A stretch of DNA of 64,000 nt, taken from contig CAVWBS010000001.1 of the NCBI GenBank assembly GCA_963753325.1, positions 2,802,553-2,866,552 on the forward strand. The letters run 5' to 3'. The notes under the pieces were generated by a model. That model made no database searches, was not told the DNA's origin, and saw only the letters and a program-made list of their open reading frames with translations. This DNA comes from an uncultured delta proteobacterium. Its GTDB lineage: Bacteria > Desulfobacterota > Binatia > UTPRO1. Shown in pieces: positions 60,730-64,000 of this stretch (the stretch's first letter is position 1; each line of letters opens with the position of its first letter). Made by a program: the position numbers and the translations under genes.

Positions 60730-61068
60730 ATGAGCAGCGAACGGCAACTGGGCGCCCGGCCCTTGCGGCAGAGGCTGAACCAGCGCGTCCGCGAGGCGCA
60801 AGAGTTCGGCTCGACCGTCGAGGAAGCCATCGACGAGGTCGGCGGGTTCCTGCGCGATCAGGCGCAGTGCCGACCGTACACCGCGCTCGCCGGCGCGGCC
60901 GCCGTCGGCTACGTGCTCGGTGGCGGCCTCCCGACGCGCGTGATCGGACTCGTGGCCGCGCTCGGCGGCCGGCTCGCGGTCGAGATGTTCTTGCGCGAGC
61001 TGATCGGAACGCCGGCGCAGCACGAGCACATGCGAGCCGTCAGCGGCACAGGAGGGAGCTTGCCATGA
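60730..61068 (+). CDS. ElaB-like membrane-anchored protein
   Basis: RPY.AL..AAAVGYVLGGGL. Confidence 0.65.
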   Translation: MSSERQLGARPLRQRLNQRVREAQEFGSTVEEAIDEVGGFLRDQAQCRPYTALAGAAAVGYVLGGGLPTRVIGLVAALGGRLAVEMFLRELIGTPAQHEHMRAVSGTGGSLP

Positions 61069-61364
61069 TGAAGATGAGCAGCATTGCGGATGCGCTTGCC
61101 GAGAACCTGCCCACGCGGGAGGACGTCATCAACGCGATCGGTCTGGCGTCACGGCGGTCTGCCGGCGCCGAGATGGCGGGCGCGATGACGATCTTCGGGG
61201 CCGGTCTTCTCGTCGGCGCCGGACTGGCGCTGTTGTTCGCGCCCGCCAGCGGGGAAGAGCTCCGACGCGGTCTCGCCGACCGGCTGGGCATGGGCGGCGA
61301 GGAGTCGCCGCGCGCCGGCCGGAGCGGGCTCTCGAGCCGGCGCACGGGGGTGGCCCCCGCCTGA
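61065..61364 (+). CDS. YtxH-domain protein
   Basis: FGAGLLVGAGLALLFAPASGEELR; AGGAGG RBS. Confidence 0.8.
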   Translation: MMKMSSIADALAENLPTREDVINAIGLASRRSAGAEMAGAMTIFGAGLLVGAGLALLFAPASGEELRRGLADRLGMGGEESPRAGRSGLSSRRTGVAPA

Positions 61365-61395
61365 ATCACCGGGGCCGGCGCGGCGTGCGTCACGG

Positions 61396-61424
61396 TTGAG
61401 CGGCGACACCCCGGTGTCTAAGCT
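61396..61424 (+). promoter_or_regulatory. sigma70-type leaderless promoter
   Basis: TTGAGC-N17-TAAGCT, 6 nt before the ATG at 61431. Confidence 0.55.
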
Positions 61425-61430
61425 CGCTGC

Positions 61431-62792
61431 ATGCACCCCACGCCGCGCCGCACCCTGACTTCGTCGCCGCCGGTGTCGACGGCGCCATCCCCCGCGCCGG
61501 TCGTGACACGAGCGGCGCGGTCAGCCCCTGCGCGGCGCAATCACGTCGGAACGATCTCGCTGGCCATCGCGATCGTCGGCACGCTCGGCTGTCGTGTTGC
61601 GATCGCCGCCGGGATCGCGCCGACGTGGCTGACGCTCCTGTCGGCCGCTTTCGAGGCGGCGGTCGTCGGCGGTCTCGCCGATTGGTTCGCCGTGACCGCG
61701 CTCTTCCGCCATCCGCTCGGGCTGCCGATACCGCATACCGCCATCATCCCCGCCCGGCGCCAGAAGATCGTCGAGGGCATCGTGTCGATGGTCGAGGACG
61801 AATGGCTCTCGCCGGACGTCATCGGATCGCGGCTCGAGCGCTTCGCCCCGAGCGCTCTCGTCGTCGATTGGCTTGCCGATCGGACGCACGTGCACCGCCT
61901 CGGTGAGCCGGTCCGGGACCTGCTCCGCGCGCTGGCGCGCATGCTGAACGAGCGCGAGGTCGTCGAGTTCCTGAATCGTGCGCTGCAGGACCAGCTGCGC
62001 GAGCTTCCCGTCGACCCGTCCGCCGGACGGTGGCTGGTCCACGTGGTCGAGAGCGAGAGCGCCGGCGCCGCCTTCGAGTCGGTTGCGCTGTCGCTCGCCA
62101 ATCTCGCCGAGCGGCCGCGCACGAGCGCCCAGCTCCATTGGTGGCTCGAGCGCGGCGCCCGGACGTTGCGCGCCGAGGGCAAGCGACTCGTCCCGCTGCT
62201 GCTGCGGCGCAAGGTCGTGCAGCGGAAGATCGTCGAGGCGGCGTGCGGCTACGCGTCCGCCGAGCTGCGCGGCGCCGCCGAGGACGCCGCGCATCCCCTC
62301 CGCGCCCTGGTCATGAACGCCGTGCGCAGCTACGCGAGCCGTCTTGCCGACGGCGACGTGGACGCGACCGCGCAGGCGCGCCGTCTCCGACAGGCCGCCG
62401 TCGAGAGCCTGGAATCGACCCCGCTCGTACGCGAGATGCTGACGCAGCTGCGCTCCCGCCTCGAGCACGATCTCGGGGCGTCGGAGGGCGACCTCGCCGA
62501 TCTCATCGATCGCCGGCTGCGCACCGGCATCCTCGATCTGCTCGAGGACGGGGAGCGGCGGGACGCGTTCGACCGGTGGGTGCGGCGGACGGCCCACGAT
62601 GTTCTACGCCGTCACCATCACCAGATCGGCCTCACCGTCCGGGAGAACCTGGAGGCCCTGGAAACCAACGCGTTGGTGGCGCAGATCGAGGACCGCGTCG
62701 GCGCCGACTTGCAGTTCATACGCCTGAACGGCGCCGTCGTCGGCGGGTTGATCGGCCTCTTGCTCGCCGCCCTCCGATTCCTCGGCGGATGA
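61431..62792 (+). CDS. DUF445 family membrane protein
   Basis: EAA.VGGLADWFAVTALFRHPLGLPIPHTAIIP; IE..VG.DLQFIRLNG..VGGLIG. Confidence 0.92.
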   Translation: MHPTPRRTLTSSPPVSTAPSPAPVVTRAARSAPARRNHVGTISLAIAIVGTLGCRVAIAAGIAPTWLTLLSAAFEAAVVGGLADWFAVTALFRHPLGLPIPHTAIIPARRQKIVEGIVSMVEDEWLSPDVIGSRLERFAPSALVVDWLADRTHVHRLGEPVRDLLRALARMLNEREVVEFLNRALQDQLRELPVDPSAGRWLVHVVESESAGAAFESVALSLANLAERPRTSAQLHWWLERGARTLRAEGKRLVPLLLRRKVVQRKIVEAACGYASAELRGAAEDAAHPLRALVMNAVRSYASRLADGDVDATAQARRLRQAAVESLESTPLVREMLTQLRSRLEHDLGASEGDLADLIDRRLRTGILDLLEDGERRDAFDRWVRRTAHDVLRRHHHQIGLTVRENLEALETNALVAQIEDRVGADLQFIRLNGAVVGGLIGLLLAALRFLGG

Positions 62793-62818
62793 TCCCCGCC
62801 ATGGCCGCTCGACCGCGC

Positions 62819-63031
62819 TCAGCCGAGGTCGCCCAGTCCGGGGATCTGCGGCGCCGCGGTCACCACGTCGTCGCGGCGGAGCTGTTCGATGACGCGCGCG
62901 ACGGCGGACGGCCCGAGGTCGGAGAGGGTCTGCAGCAGGTACGGAATGCTGACACCGTCTTGCGCATCACCCAATTCGCGGATGACGTGCCACAAAATCC
63001 GATCCTCTAAGTTCTCGAATTCTATCCGCAT
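62819..63031 (-). CDS. Small hypothetical protein, possible winged-helix (70 aa)
   Basis: GGAGG RBS; LEDRIL..I.........SI..L...L.......V...I..L....VV pattern. Confidence 0.5.
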   Translation of the reverse strand: MRIEFENLEDRILWHVIRELGDAQDGVSIPYLLQTLSDLGPSAVARVIEQLRRDDVVTAAPQIPGLGDLG

Positions 63032-63255
63032 CAGCCTACCCTCCGGCGGCGACCCGCCGCGCACCCGATCTGATCCTCCTCCCCAGCAACCCGCATGCCT
63101 CGCGCGGCGGCAGGGCACCATGGGGCCTTGGAACACGCGATTCGCTCGAAGGTTCGCGGAGCGAACATGCACGTTTTGCCCCGATGGTCTGCACTTCTTA
63201 CACGCCGAACCCTCCGATCGGCGGAAATGTCCGCATTCCGGTGTGTGGGGCCTGG

Positions 63256-63271
63256 TAGCACGCCTCTTGCA
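63256..63271 (+). promoter_or_regulatory. sigma54-like promoter (variant -24)
   Basis: TAGCACGCCTCTTGCA (AG instead of GG at -24); upstream palindrome GCGGA-N4-TCCGC at 63221-63234. Confidence 0.35.
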
Positions 63272-63328
63272 CAACGCCCCTATCGGAAGCTGCGTCGCGG
63301 ACGCTCCATTCCAGGGGGAGGGTTGATC

Positions 63329-63775
63329 ATGCAGATCCAGAGCGAAGTCGCCGAAGTCGGTCTCGGAAGCGGCAGGGACAGCTTGTCCGATACCTTCGTT
63401 CCGGAGGCATTGCTCCCGGAGCAGTACTTCGATCGTTGGGCCGCACGCGCGGCGCAATCGCCGGAGAAGCGCCTCATGTTTGCCGTGCTTCTCGATGCAG
63501 TGATCCAGCTCCAGGGCCGCAACGAGAAGGACGCCCAGGAAGCCGAGGCATGGGTCCGTGACGACTCCGAGGAATCGCCATTCGCGTTTCGCACCATCTG
63601 CGAGGCGCTCGGCATAGAGCCCGACTACCTCGCCCGTGGTCTCCTGTCGTGGCGGGAACGGCGCGCCGCTGCGCAGATTCCGCCGCGGGCCCCGTTGCGC
63701 CAGTTGCGGACATCGCACACGCATGTGACTCCGCTGCGGAGACGGCGCCGTCGACGCCTCGCCATCGCCGTCTGA
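63329..63775 (+). CDS. Conserved hypothetical protein (LLPEQYF / PEKRLM.AVL.DA family)
   Basis: GGAGG RBS; PE.LLPEQYF, PEKRLMFAVLLDAV, EAEAW, PF.F..ICEALG..PDYL.RGL; Arg-rich tail. Confidence 0.8.
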   Translation: MQIQSEVAEVGLGSGRDSLSDTFVPEALLPEQYFDRWAARAAQSPEKRLMFAVLLDAVIQLQGRNEKDAQEAEAWVRDDSEESPFAFRTICEALGIEPDYLARGLLSWRERRAAAQIPPRAPLRQLRTSHTHVTPLRRRRRRRLAIAV

Positions 63776-64000
63776 CGTTCGCGCCATCGCGCGTGCATCC
63801 ACGCGCGACGTCCCTTCCCCGTGCAGACGTGCGAGATCGTCTCTCGCGCGTCCGCAAACGCGGCCGCGAGCGCGTCCGCCATAGGGCACCATCGTGTAGC
63901 TCCGCGCGCCCGCGATGAAATCCCCGGCCCTGAGGGCGACCGGGCCGTTGCGCGCGGCGCACGGCACCGGGCTTGCTGAATGTCGGCCCCATGATGCGAC

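Overview
A very GC-rich (roughly 70%), gene-dense bacterial chromosomal segment. Gene content and style suggest a Deltaproteobacteria-related diderm, plausibly Candidatus Binatota; this is inference only. I saw no rRNA, tRNA, CRISPR array, integrase or transposase. Recognisable genes: an mlaFEDAC lipid-asymmetry operon; htpX-DUF1844-degP-tsaD-rsmA-mutM; cysK-larE; cdnL(carD)-ispD; rimI-pyrD; an orphan groEL; an alanine-zipper lipoprotein; rsmD-coaD-aspC; cofC; ygfZ; an MMPL/RND exporter with a cNMP domain; a trmB-ilvE pair; a GH57 branching enzyme; frmA; and a sigma54-promoter-led DUF1328/BON/ElaB/YtxH stress cluster. The most unusual items are: (1) two tandem desulforedoxin-like microproteins (47 and 40 aa, missed by the ORF track) directly downstream of ygfZ; (2) a dicluster ferredoxin fused to a membrane domain and an Hsp20/alpha-crystallin-like C-terminal domain, divergent from an apparently catalytically dead DD-carboxypeptidase; (3) four +1 frameshifts that all read GATTC where RGATCY would restore the frame, suggesting a methylation-linked sequencing artefact; (4) a perfect 34-bp palindrome in front of trmB; (5) repeated leaderless promoter architecture.
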